From Eledone cirrhosa (lineage: Eukaryota): a stretch of 64,000 bases of DNA. Every line of letters starts with the position of its first letter. Positions within the stretch are counted from its first letter, which is position 1. The stretch spans positions 202,244,001 to 202,308,000 of the forward strand of contig OZ024740.1 in assembly GCA_964016885.1 (NCBI GenBank). The letters are read 5' to 3'. Shown in pieces: positions 41,920 through 54,641 of the stretch. Under the pieces are notes generated by a model. It was given only the letters and a program-made list of their open reading frames with translations. It did no database searches and was not told the origin of the DNA. Made by a program: the position numbers and the translations under genes.

Positions 41920-42399
41920 ATGGCTGATGATGTCAAGTTATGTGTAAGTAGTGTAAGAGGCGGTAGTCTACCACCGCCACCATTAGAAACAGTACAGGCC
42001 TGCTTTGCCAGGCGACATCAATCGCTTCCTTCTTCTTCTCTCCCACACGGCTGTCATTTGTCGAGTCTCCAGCAAGGGAACAGCGACAACAATCAACCCA
42101 TTACTGCCGACGATCCACCATCATCTCGGCAGTTCACATCTTCATTAACCTCTTCGATCACCGATTGTGAAAACTGTGGATTGATTTCTTCTGATAGTTC
42201 CAACAGCATCGGTGATCATCAACTTTTGGATCCGGATAAAATAATGAGGCGTGTTCTCAATTCCATCTTTAGAGAACTGAAGTCTTGTTCTTTAAGTAAT
42301 TTGGAATATTTCCGAAACGGCAAACAGAGTTATCATGCACGGCTACAAGTGGCTTTCTCATTACTCTGCGAACACCTCAACAAAGGGATCGAACCACAG
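41920..42399 (+). CDS. LIPE: Probable first coding exon of a hormone-sensitive lipase-like gene
   Basis: ACAATGG start; 160 codons; phase-0 donor CAG|GTAGAT. LNSIFRELKSCSLSNLEYF..ARLQVAFSLLCEHLNKGIEP matches by eye the HSL N-terminal pattern L..+...L......N+.+F..RL...F....E...G+EP. No downstream exons recognised. Confidence 0.62.
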
Positions 42400-45036
42400 G
42401 TAGATCAATTGAATTTTTACCTTTCTTTGTTTCTAGTAATTTATCTAAATATTTTTTCTTGTTCAAATTTCGAAGATCTGACAACATTATTGGTTTTTAA
42501 AGAAATGTATCTGTAAAATTATAGTTAAAGCGAACGGCTCATGTAGTAAAGGTAGATTACGCACCCTAACACATTCCCACATACAGAGATTAGATTCCAG
42601 AGAATCGGCATGGTACCTCGGTACCATGTTAATTATACACACGTAGCAAGTTATTTTCAGATCTATGCAACACACCGACACACCCATATATATAATTATA
42701 ATCTATTTATGTGTATATATATATAGTAATAATAATAAGTTTGAAGACTAAAATCCAAAGAGGGCTCGATTGTGAGTGTATATATGCATGTGTATATATG
42801 CATGTATATTTATGCATGTATATATATAAATATATCATCTATAATATGTACGTGTGCGAGTTGAGGTATATATATCGAGTTATATGATATTAAAAAAATC
42901 AACGAAAAACATTTCATATTTATCGAGCAATACACACACACATATATATATATGTGCACACACATATATATATATATATATATTATATATATACACAAAC
43001 ACCACTGCACGAAGATATCACGGTGTCAATTGTCAAGTTGTTATTTAGTTGTCAAGTTGTTATTTAGCCCCATGTCGGGCGATTCGTCCTTTTTATTTTT
43101 TGCCAGACAGTGTAGTCTTACATATATATCTTAAAGATAGTAAGTTTGATTAAAGGGATATTTGGCTGTTGTTTCTAGCAGACCAGACGACTACTTCGAA
43201 GTTTCCTTCAGTGTATGTATATGACACTTCTCAATTTACGTTTGTCTGTGATTGCATAAGTAATGTCATTCACTCAGAAACATCATCTTGTTTATCTTCC
43301 GACTTTCTCTAACATCTTGACATCTCTACGATATGGGTTAAACAGATGTATATCAAAATATTACCATATAACTTGATACAGTTCTCTAACTGACTTGGGA
43401 TCACTAAAAGAGAGCTGGTCGTTTTTATAATGTTAACTCTGTTGATGTCAACCCAGCCAAAACCTCTCCTAGTTATATAAGATAAAGCAACCCATTTTAA
43501 ATGTTTCCTATTTGAATTCAAACCTTCCAATATAATTTTGTATGATAAAATTATAATGAAATAATTTTAGAAAATTCGCCCGAATTCTTTGTTAATTAGT
43601 TAAAATAAAGTGTATTTCATTAAGATATAGTCACAAAAGGTTTAATAGAAAGGGGTTAGTTTTAGGCATAAAATAGTTTAGTGACCCCACCCAACAGCAG
43701 CTTTATTTCACCATAACTTTTTTTTTTTAGTAATTCATATTTATTAATGAAAATATGTAGAGATGCGTTTTTGAAGATGTAGATTATTATTATGTTAATG
43801 AAATTAAAATGTTTTTATTTTTGCTCGTAATTTATTACGATTACTCGGATATTAAGAAGGAAACAATATACTTCATCATTGTATATAGGTCCATATATTA
43901 ATGCATTACTTCATTTACTGAATACCTTCGGTGTCTATTTGTGGTACGCTAAACGTAAACCTGGAAATTGTTTATCGTGCCTTCTAATTGTATGTTGATA
44001 ATAAATAATATCAAAGATTTTATACAGGAACGTAATGCCATTTCTACAACGAAGAAAATACAAATAAACTTTAAGCCTTTCTTTCTAATTCCATTTGTAT
44101 AATCGTAATCTACACTTTCAATAACGCATATGCGAAATTCCTCTAAGACATAAATATACATTGATAAAGTTGAAGAAATGAAGTCAGGACAGCATTAAAT
44201 ATAGTTAAATCTACTTTTCATTATCGGTTCGAAATATATATATATATATATACAGACAACTTTTTGCGTTTATATTTGTATATATTATGTGTTTTGTACA
44301 GTTTATTATAATAAATATCGTACACTTATAAAAACGATCCGGAAATAATTAAATTTAAAAAAAAAGAAAAGAAAATACATGTACACTTCGCCTTCCATTA
44401 CATAGTACAACAAGGAATGTTGGTATGTCTCAAAATGTTTGAGACAGCCCCAAACACTCACCGCATTTATTCGATTGATAGCGAGGCTGAACCACAGGAA
44501 CAGCTAAGTACTGTCACGAGCATCAGCTAATACTTCAGCAAAGCCGAGTGATAGTGAGATCGATGTACTGGAATAGCCCCAAAACCTTCAACTGATATTT
44601 CAGTAAGGTCTGATGATAGGGAGGCTGGGGTACTGGGAAAGCCAAGCACTCCCACGATGAGCACCAGTTGATACTTGAGTAAGACTAAGGTGCTGGAATA
44701 GCCAAACATCCCCACAAAGAATAGCACCTGCATGTAATTTTGCCGATAAATCATGGTATTTCAGTAGCTTATTTCGTTCGGCTTATAATTTGAGTTCAAA
44801 CTCGATAAAGGGAAGTGTGAATCCTTTCAATGTCCTTTTCCATAGTTTAGTGTATCTAAGAATAAGTATGAATATTTTTTATTAAGTAATCCTTCGTTTT
44901 AGAATCACAGACAACTTCTGGTAATTTCCGTAAGTGAACATGACAATTTTAAAAATACGATTTATAAATAGAATCATTATCTAGACTTTCGAATACGTCT
45001 AAATACAAAAGTAGTTTCACATGCATCCCACAGATA

Positions 45037-45510
45037 AAATGGCAAAACCATTGCCTAGGAGAATGGCCAGCAACACCCGCTGCAGCAGCCACCCACCTTA
45101 CAGGGCTCCTTCCTCAAGCTGGCTGTTATCTTTCCGATACTATGGAGGAAAACAGCAGTTGGGGGACTGAGGACACCCGAGGTCTCGACGTCAACCTGTG
45201 CAAAAAGGAAGCAGTTCGTCAACCCCTGGTATTTGGTTATCTGCATTGTGGGCAGTAGTGACTGGGTTTGCGGCTAAAGCGACACGGTTGGAGAGAGAGA
45301 ATAAGCTGCTTACTAGTACCGCAGTCGAGGACAGCTGGTTCCAGTTTTGACGGAAGCCGACCGCGTTGAATTTCTTTCTCATTATGTCGTTCAGAGCGAC
45401 ATGTCGGGGGAACCGACTTGTGTTATGGCGGCAGGGCAGCGGGGGCAGCCGAATTTATCAATAATGATATTTGTGTAGCTCACACACGCGGAGGCCGAGG
45501 TACTAAGTCA
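45037..45510 (-). mobile_element. CRE-like (restriction-like endonuclease) non-LTR retrotransposon 3' fragment
   Basis: PCRHNTSRFPRHVALNDIMRKKFNAVGF.SKLEP; KYQGL..VETSGVLSP..FLHSIG..WLLQRVLLAILLGNGFAIL. Confidence 0.7.
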
Positions 45511-45714
45511 CTCGGATGTAAGTGCGCTTATCGTCAAGAAGGGCACCGGTTGACGAGGAGGGCACCGCGTTGAGTCACGAGGTGGAACGGAGGCAGGCGA
45601 GACGATGTTGGTCCAAGGAAGACTCAATCCGCTTGGAGGTTGATCTGCATTAGGTATCGTCCCAGTAGCGTTGGACAAAATATCAGTCAAATACTGGAGT
45701 CGATTTATATTATT

Positions 45715-45904
45715 ATAATTGTTTCTACGTTTGGCACAAGGCCAGCAATTACCCAGTGCATTACTGGTACTTTATTTTATCGACCCTGTAAGGATGAAAG
45801 GCAAAGTTAACCTCGGCGGGATTTGAACTCAGAATGGCAAGGACCGTAACTCTATACGTCAAACGATGGCGTCCGACCCTCTACCAATACTGCCAATCCA
45901 CCGC
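45715..45904 (-). mobile_element. tRNA-derived SINE (Meta-domain-like)
   Basis: Reverse complement of 46819-47010. Confidence 0.85.
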
Positions 45905-45933
45905 AATGCATCTTAAATAGAATTATAGTAACT

Positions 45934-46399
45934 TTTTTTTTGAATATACTTACTACATTTTATTCATAGTTGCACAAACAACATTACAAATCGTTTGCAA
46001 TTCCTTCAGAATGAAAATATAAACAGAGCATATAAATAAATTTACAGTAAAATAACATAACAAATATGTTTTAAATATATACATAAATAACATTACAAAT
46101 GCCTCGGTAACACTACAAAGGATGATACAATGAAAGATATATTCCTTCAATGCTAAATGTAAAGGAAGAGGTGAACAACGGAGCCAACACCAGAGCAAAA
46201 GACAGCAACGTCGCGAGTACTGGGCAACCTCTCCAATGATTTTTGAGGCAAGCCAGCACACTCGCAGCGTTGCCTCGGGTGATGGCGAGGCTGATGCGCT
46301 GAAACAGCCAAGCACCCTCGCGAGATTCGCCAGTCACCTCTATTAGGCGAGCCGCCAGTGAGAATGTAGTAAGTATATATAAAAATAAAAAAAAATAAA
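45934..46399 (-). mobile_element. CRE-like 3' fragment with poly(A) and target-site duplication
   Basis: GAWLFQRISLAITRGNAASVLACL; T-run at 45933-45941; aattatagtaact at 45921 and 46400. Diverged opposite-strand copy at ~46660-47095. Confidence 0.7.
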
Positions 46400-46818
46400 A
46401 ATTATAGTAACTTGAGGCACACATGTGCACATACACACCTACAGGAAAGGGGTTGATTAAAAAGCAAAACTTCACGCATTTTATTTTATAGTTTGTAGAA
46501 TTATTATAGAATTCGAAGATCAGAAAAATATTTTTTATTTTCAGTTTAGTATTACTGAAAATTCCTGACAACCAAAGTTTAGTTTGTCAATGGAGTGTCA
46601 CCATTCATATTTCTGGCTTTGTACCGGTATTAATTAAAACAATAGATTTTTGTGGTATTGTGAGTGTGTTGGCTTGCCTCAAAGTGTTCCGTTGAACCTT
46701 ATGATGTGCGGTTGATTGTCGCACTTGGTGGTGAATTTATGGTCGTTTTCGCCCTCCACCTTCTCTTCTCTCTTTTATGCGTTTATTTTTGTTTATCAAC
46801 GACATTATATTTGTAAAT

Positions 46819-47010
46819 GGGCGGTGGATTGGCAGTATCGGTAGAGGGTCGAACGCCATGCTTTGACGCATAGAGTTACGGCCCTTACCATTCTGAGTTC
46901 AAATCCCGCCGAGGTTAACTTTACCTTTCATCCTTATGGGGTCGATAAAATAAAGTACCAGTAATGCACTGGTTAATTGCTGGCCTTGTGCCAAAAGTAG
47001 AAACAATTAT
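46819..47010 (+). mobile_element. Full-length tRNA-derived SINE (Meta-domain-like)
   Basis: A box TGGCAGTATCGG, B box GAGTTCAAATCC, core cctttcatcctt..ggggtcgataaaataaagtacca; TSD attatatttgtaa. Other copies at 31941-32029, 59395-59588, 60359-60553, 62198-62372, 62966-63240. Confidence 0.85.
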
Positions 47011-47991
47011 ATTTGTAATGTTATTCTGAAAGAATTGCGAGCAATTTATAATGTTATTTATGCATTTGTGGTGTTATTTATACAACTATGAATAACATTT
47101 TTGTAATATTTTCGCCTTTAACCAAAATGTCTGTGGCTTCCATCGAGGGGTAAATTTACTGAATGTGGATTTATACATATTGTTTTTCAAGTATGATAAA
47201 GACATTTCAAGAACATTTGAACTAGGCCTACTTTGTTTATTAAAATACTAATTTATTTTCTTCGTAGTATTTTGAACTTAACAAATGTGTATATTATACT
47301 TCTTAGCTATCGTGTATTGTGTGAAAAATAGCAATTAAAATATCCCCCCATTATCGGTTGCTAGGGTTGGCTCAAATTATTGAACCAAACAGGATGAGGC
47401 TAAATTTATTGTCGAAAAGTTGCTACAGAGTAAACGAGACGAAAAAGTTAGAAATCCGTATATTAAGTTTATAAAGTGAAATATGTAAAAAGCTTATTCT
47501 TTCAAAATATTTGTCATACGACATTGCTCTACAAGAAATCAAGAAAAAACCCCCAAAATTTTATAAATTTTAATTCCTCTGCTAAACCCTTGACATACCA
47601 AACTGCCAGAGACCGTCCGTAGTTCTACAATACAAAGCTGTTTGGGTAATTCTTTCCATTTAAGTACACAGACAACTTTCGATAATTTATTTCCGTGAGT
47701 GAAAATGACATACTTGACAAGAAAATAAACATAATCCACACCTTCGAAATGTATCTCTGTAAAGTATGTTTTATTAAGTTATGAAGACACAAATTAAAAA
47801 AAGAAAAGAAAGGTTAAGTTTATATAATTTTATTTTTTGTAATTCATTAGTTGTAGAAATTACGTTCAGTTTCTGTATAAACACAAACACACACACACTA
47901 AATTGTAGTTAGTATATACGAGGGTCGGCTGAAAAGTTTATAGGCTGACTATGAAGGATTGAATGGGAGCCTTATACTTCGTACATCACAT

Positions 47992-48021
<30 letters not shown>

Positions 48022-48023
<2 letters not shown>

Positions 48024-48111
48024 TTATAAATTCCTAAATTTATTATAATAAATTGAAGTGAAAGCAATTGTGCGTGTGTTTCTTATTGGCAACATGACCC
48101 TCCCAAAGTAT

Positions 48112-48167
<56 letters not shown>

Positions 48168-48339
48168 CGATCTAGACGTATATTAATATTGTCTAAGGTC
48201 CTGAAACCTTTGGTAATGGAGTAGTTATGTATATATATATATATACATACATATATATATATACATATATATATATACATAACTACTCCATTACCAAATG
48301 TTTCAGGACCTTAGACAATATTAATATACGTCTAGATCG

Positions 48340-48393
<54 letters not shown>

Positions 48394-48892
48394 ATACTTT
48401 GGGAGGGTCATGTTGCCAATAAGAAACACACGCACAATTGCTTTCACTTCAATTTATTATAATAAATTTAGGAATTTATAAATTTCCGGTTGGTTGGTTG
48501 GTTCCACAATCAGATGATTGTTTATATATTGTCAAAGTTCTTTCGTCACACATTCTGTGACCTCTTCAGTGACTGGGGATTATTTTCTTTGTTTTTGTGC
48601 CTCTCCTTTGTTCTGCCCTACGCCATCTTGAACAGAACAAAGAAGAGGTCACAGAATGTGTGACGAAAGAACTTTGACAATATATAAACAATCATCTGAT
48701 TGTGGAACCAACCAACCAACCAACCGGAAATTTATAAATTCCTAAATTTATAAATTTATTATAATAAATTGAAGTGAAAGCAACTGGTGCGTGTGTTTCT
48801 TATTGGCAACATGACCCTCCCAAAGTATAACAATATCGGTTTCAACACACGTTTTCAGATAAAGAATCTTGCTAAACAAATTCAGAAACGAA

Positions 48893-48893
<1 letters not shown>
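48022..48893. mobile_element. Compound foldback of family-C Penelope-like ends
   Basis: ~460-bp palindrome 48022-48483 centred on a TA-rich tract; second inversion ~48388-48567/48642-48836; hammerhead on - strand 48531-48573. Confidence 0.8.
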
Positions 48894-48959
<66 letters not shown>

Positions 48960-49199
48960 AGTGATTGACATAGTTGAGTCTACTTATACCCAAATTAGAT
49001 TACTCATAACTACAATTTTTTGGCCATCTCGACTTTGTTTCCTTATTTTTAATGAAATCTTACAGAGATATATTTTTGAATGTGTAGATTATGATAATGT
49101 GATGAAATTAAAAAAGAAAAGAAAGGTTAAGTTTATATAATTTTATTTTTTGTAATTCATTAGTTGTAGAAATAACGTTCTGTTTCTGTATAAAATACT

Positions 49200-49575
49200 G
49201 ATACCTCGGACTTCTTTGGACCCCATACTGCTGAGCTCCTCTGCAAGATCGGAACGTCAGCAGTCCGTCTGAGGAAGAAGTCCTGTGAGGTGGGGTGGCT
49301 ATTGCAGCGGGTGTCGCTGACCATTGTATGCGGAAATGCTTTTGCAGTTTTGTCCGCGGGACGCAGTCTTAACACCGCCATGCCCTAGGCCCAGAGCCCA
49401 TCACCTTCTCCCTCCTTTTCTTCTGTGGCCCTAGAGTCCTTGCTTTCCCTCTCCTTTTCCTTTCGTTTATGGCTTTTATAGTCCTTTCCTCTACTTTCCC
49501 ACACAGCCATATCTGCCCTTCTTTACTCCTTCCCCATTTGTAATGTTATTCATAATTGATTAAATGAAATAAAAC
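49200..49575 (+). mobile_element. CRE-like 3' fragment
   Basis: DTSDFFGPHTAELLCKIG..GWLLQRVSLTIVCGNAFAVL followed by a pyrimidine-rich 3' UTR. Confidence 0.65.
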
Positions 49576-50363
49576 GTTTTTTAATTATATAAAAAAGAAA
49601 TGAATTATTAATAAACTTACGAGGAAATAAATTAGACATACTAAACTGTAGTTATACCATAGATTGTACATTCTAGTGGAATGGAGTGGACCTATGTCTG
49701 TTTTGACGGTGAGTGTTCCAGATGTTAGATCAACAGAACATACTACTTGAGAAATTAACATGTAAGTGACTGTGCATTCCACAGACACGTGTACTCTTAA
49801 TGCATTTCTTTGAGAGATTCAGCCTGATACACCGTGGCAAAATCAAAGCTGGACATTTGAATTACAGGTACACTCCACCTGACAGGCTTCTAAACAGCTT
49901 ACATCAACTCTCAGGTCTTGAATAATCGTCCCCACCACTTATTAATTTTTTAGACTTCCCCCTGCTTATTAAATTTTGCTAATCTATCTCCGGAGAAATT
50001 TTATTGTAAGTGATTCATGTTGATACAACAGCTGGAGAATCTAATAATAATTTTATTTTATATTAAAAGAACATGACAAGAAATCCCATATTTACAAATG
50101 TACACTATACAATTACTGATTTCCCAACACCCCCTCTTATAAGTATTTAAGCAAATGCAAATGTCCCCCTTGCTTACCCTGCCCCCATTATTTGGGATCC
50201 GAGAGTACCTAATATCACTCATAAAGCATGGATTGACATGACTCTTGCCCAAGATGTCATACAGTGGGATTGCACCCAGGACCTAATGATTTTTAAACAA
50301 ACTTAACCATTTGGTTATGCCACATCCACATGTCTAGTAACAACATAGACAGTTCTTGTGACG

Positions 50364-51030
50364 CTAAACTCCGCCAGTTGCAGACTGCGCATTAACATGT
50401 GATATCTCTCTCCACAAAGTTCGATGACCAGCAGCAGCAGAGTTCAAAGAGCAAAGATCAAGTCCAGTCCATGAATTGACATTGTCAAGCCATTGTTTTG
50501 GCTGCCGTCCTCTGCTTCTCTTACCAACCAACCTTCCTTCCAGGCATAACCTACTCACACCACGAGTTGATCTTTTTATATGGCTGTATAGTTTGAGTAC
50601 TCTTGACTTGACAATTGATGTAATTGGTCTAAGTTTGGTAATGTTGAGCAGCTCACTGATACAGATGTGGTCGCTGAGCCATTTGCCAGTTATAAGTCTC
50701 ATGATGTGGTTCTGGAATGTAGAGAGCTTCTGAAGTGACCTTGTTGTCCAATTAACACAGTCAAGACCATATAACACAACTGGTAGGATGTAAATATCAA
50801 AGATCTTAGCCTTCAAATGGTAGGAAACTCGTTTTGATGTTAGTACTTCCTTGTTCTTGTTGAAAGCTGCCCAACCTAGAGTGATTCGATATTGCGCAGC
50901 AACCATTCCATTGTTGTTTGATGATAGTTTGTGACAGAGATATACAAACTTCGTAACTTGAGCAATTTGCTGGTTGTAGATTGTGAGTTGGAGATTGGCA
51001 TTGTTTTTATCAGTTGTCATACATAGAGAG
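50364..51030 (-). mobile_element. RTE-like LINE 3' fragment, distinct family
   Basis: VTKFVYL..RITLGWAAF..ILPVVLYGLD..LKLYSHIKR..GKRSRGRQPKQW. Confidence 0.8.
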
Positions 51031-51969
51031 TTGCTCAGGTACAAACTTTAGAAAAGCCAACTATTGGATTCTTAAGTATTTTCCCCTCATTTATTTCCAT
51101 TCAATAATTCTTTATACATTTACCACATTTTTATTTCAAAACAGTCCTTGGTAGAAATAAAATGAACAAATTTAATTTACAGCTCACACTCATGCAGGTT
51201 TAGCTGGCCTTCTATGGTGTTGCATATCATAGAAGGTTTCTTGGGTATTTTAATAATGGGCCCCCAGTCCTAGTCCATGGTAGATACAAAACAATATTCA
51301 TTTCTTTAATCAGGACAAAAGGCAGTGCTCTTGACATGTTTCCAGGACCTTTGAGACTAGTGGGAATGAAGAAGGGAGGTACCCTCAAACTAGAAAATTT
51401 GCACAAAATCCTTGCACTTAGGAGCCAGGTGATGGTTTTAAACCAGATTAAGTCTATCACCCATGTAGACCATGGCAAAGTTTAAACTCGGGATGCAAAG
51501 AGCCAGAACAAATATTGCAAGACAGTTTGTCCCAATGCTCTGACAATTTCACCAGTTCACCACCTTACACTAAAGATCATTTTATATCTGCTTTTCCATG
51601 CTTGGATTGGTCCTGTTGATACCAACACAATCCACTCTCTTACACGCAACGTCTGATTCCTCATATACATAGTTTTTCTATTAGCTCATCTGTACATCAC
51701 ATGTCCATATCAGCAGTCTTCTCTCTTGCACTTATACCAAGTTTATCAGATTTCAGAATATTAGTTCTCATAGTTAAGGAACTAATATGACGATGATGAT
51801 CATCATCATCATCATTTAACATCTGCTTTCCTTGCTAGCGAGGGTTGGATGGACATTATAAAGAGCATCCAGCTGTAGAAACCTTGCCAAAATGGAACTT
51901 ATGAGTAAGGCATCATCCTCAGATCCTTCTCATCTTGGACCAAACATTCCATCATGGAAAACATGTAAA

Positions 51970-52248
51970 ATGATAATTATGATGGTTATGATGATGATGA
52001 CACAATGATAAGGGTGATGACGATAATCAGTATGACAATAATGTTAATGATGACAATGGTGATGATGATGACACTGGTATTGATGAGGACAGTGGTGACA
52101 GTAATGACAATGACGACAACGGTGATGATAGTGATGATAAGGTTGACGATGATGATGATGATGTTAATGATTGACAGTGGTGATGATGATGACAATGTTG
52201 ACAATAATTTTAATGACTATGATCATGGATGATGATTATGATGATGAT
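51970..52248. repeat. Degenerate (GAT)n microsatellite
   Basis: GAT/GAC/AAT triplet runs. Confidence 0.85.
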
Positions 52249-52723
52249 TTTATGTGTGTTCAAAATCTCTCCATGTCATATCAATAGGGACAAGGGACTA
52301 TTGATGATCCCTCATTGATTTCAGTTCAAATCCTATCTGGTCAGTTTATTGGTCATCACAGTCCATAAAATAATTAACTCTTTTTAATTAACTTTAGTTG
52401 TTTGATAGTGTTTGGTTTAATTAACTATAGTTGTTTAATAGTGTTTGGTTTAATTAGTTATAGTTGTTTAATAGTGTTTGGTTTAATTAACTATAGTTGT
52501 TTGATAGTGTTTGATTTAATTAACTATAGTTGTTTAATAGTGTTTGATTTAATTAACTATAGTTGTTTGATAGTGTTTGGTTTAATTAACTATAATTGTT
52601 TGATAGTGTTTGGTTTAATTAACTATAGTTGTTTGATAGTGTTTGCTTTAATTAACTATAGTTGTTTAATAGTCTTTGGTTTAATTAGTTATAGTTGTTT
52701 GATAGTGTTTGGTTTAATTAACT

Positions 52724-53950
52724 ATAGCTGAATCTATGGTAGAACTAGAGAAGAAATTCCAAACTTGGAAGCAGGGACTAGAAAGAAAGGGTCTCAGAGT
52801 CAACATGACAAAGACTAAGGTCCTTGTAAGTAGACGAGAAAACAGAACCCAGATCCCCTCAGGGAAATGGCCTTGCTCAGTATGTAGGAACTCCATTCTC
52901 TGCCCCAAATGCAAACAATGGGTACACAAGAGATGTAGCGGGATCTCAGGAAGCTTAATTAAGAATGTAGGCTTCACATGCAGCAGCTGTGCTGGGACAG
53001 CAAGCAGCAAACAGCCACAGGAAACAAGTACCACCAATCTCTGGGAGGGCTCTGTAGAAACAGTAGACAGCTTCTGCTACCTAGGTGACCGAATTAGCAG
53101 CGGAGTTGGGTGTTCAGAAAGTACAATAACTAGGGTAAGAACGGGATGGAAGAAGTTTAGGGAACTTCTTCCACTGCTAGCTGCAAAAGGCTTCTCCCTC
53201 AAAATGAAAGGCAGACTGTATGATGCGTGTATCCGAACAGCGATGTTGCATGGCAGTGAGACCTGGGCGCTGAAGGTGGAAGACTTACGTAGATTAGAGA
53301 GAAACGAAGCCTGCATGCTCCGATGGATGTGTAATAGTAATATACGCGAACGACAAAGCATAAATGAATTGAGAGAGAGACTGAGCATAAGAGGAATCAA
53401 ATGCTGTGTGCAGGAGAGGCGGTTGCGTTGGTATGGACATGTGATGCGTATGAAGGATGACAGCTGCATAAAAAGGTGCAGAGCACTAGAAGTCGATGGA
53501 AACCGCGGAGTGGGGAGACCCAAGATGACCTGGGATGAGGTGATAATAGCCGACCTTACCCAATTACACCTCTCAAAGGCGATGACACACGACCGTGACC
53601 TCTGGCGTCACGCAGTAATACAGAGTACCCGACCTCCCATGGGTACAAGCTGAAGCATATATACAATATGCCCCCACACCCCCCACTGCAAGGTGGTCGT
53701 GGAGGTGCCACGGCAAAAAAACACCCAGCCCACACTGTAAAGTGGACGTGTAGGCGCCAAGAAAAAGCACCCAGCACTCACTGTAAATGAGGTTGGTGTT
53801 AGGAAGGGCATCCAGCTGTAGAAATCAAGCCAAATCAGTTCCTGTATGAGCAAGGCATGGTCAGCCGACCAGACACTGCCCACAACAGGACAACCCGTCT
53901 AACCCATGCTAGTGTGGAAGAATGGACGTAAACCGGTAATGATGATGATG
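52724..53950 (+). mobile_element. 5'-truncated RTE LINE inserted in the satellite
   Basis: Open 305-aa ORF 52736-53653 (PHD-like finger, FCYLG, HGSETW, WYGHV), 3' UTR, (ATG)n tail; atag at both junctions. Confidence 0.93.
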
Positions 53951-54468
53951 ATAGTTGTTTAATAGTGTTTGGTTTAATTAGTTATAGTTGTTTGATAGTG
54001 TTTGATTTAATTAACTATAGTTGTTTGATAGTGTTTGATTTAATTAACTATAGTTGTTTAATAGTGTTTGGTTTAACTAGTTATAGTTGTTTGATAGTGT
54101 TTGGTTTAACTAGTTATAGTTGTTTAATAGTGTTTGTTTTAATTAACTATAGTTGTTTGATAGTGTTTGGTTTAATTAACTATAGTTGTTTAATAGTGTT
54201 TGGTTTAATTAACTATAGTTTGATAGTGTTTGGTTTAATTAGTTATAGTTGTTTAATAGTGTTTGGTTTAATTAACTATAGTTGTTTGATAGTGTTTGGT
54301 TTAATTAGTTATAGTTGTTTAATAGTGTTTGGTTTAATTAACTATAGTTGTTTGATAGTGTTTGATTTAATTAACTATAGTTGTTTAATAGTGTTTGATT
54401 TAATTAACTATAGTTGTTTGATAGTGTTTGGTTTAATTAACTATAATTGTTTGATAGTGTTTGGTTTA

Positions 54469-54641
54469 CCGTATTTCTCGGTGCCGAAGACACTTCATCT
54501 TTGAGGATGCACCCTAATTTTGACAACCCAAAATTTGAAAAAAAAAAAAATAATAAACAACCTTCGGCCTCCAGGACGCACGGTAGATTTTTTAGACTTA
54601 CTTTAGGAAAAAAGTAGCATCTTCGACACCGGGAATTACGG
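54469..54641. mobile_element. 173-bp Tc1/mariner (pogo-like) MITE in the satellite
   Basis: TIRs CCGTATTTCTCGGTGCCGAAGA/TCTTCGACACCGGGAATTACGG; TA duplication shown by comparison with the empty satellite unit. Confidence 0.88.

Noticed and set aside
42400-42516. C-terminal 38 aa of the 198-aa ORF
   Set aside because: T-rich read-through past a good splice donor; treated as intron.
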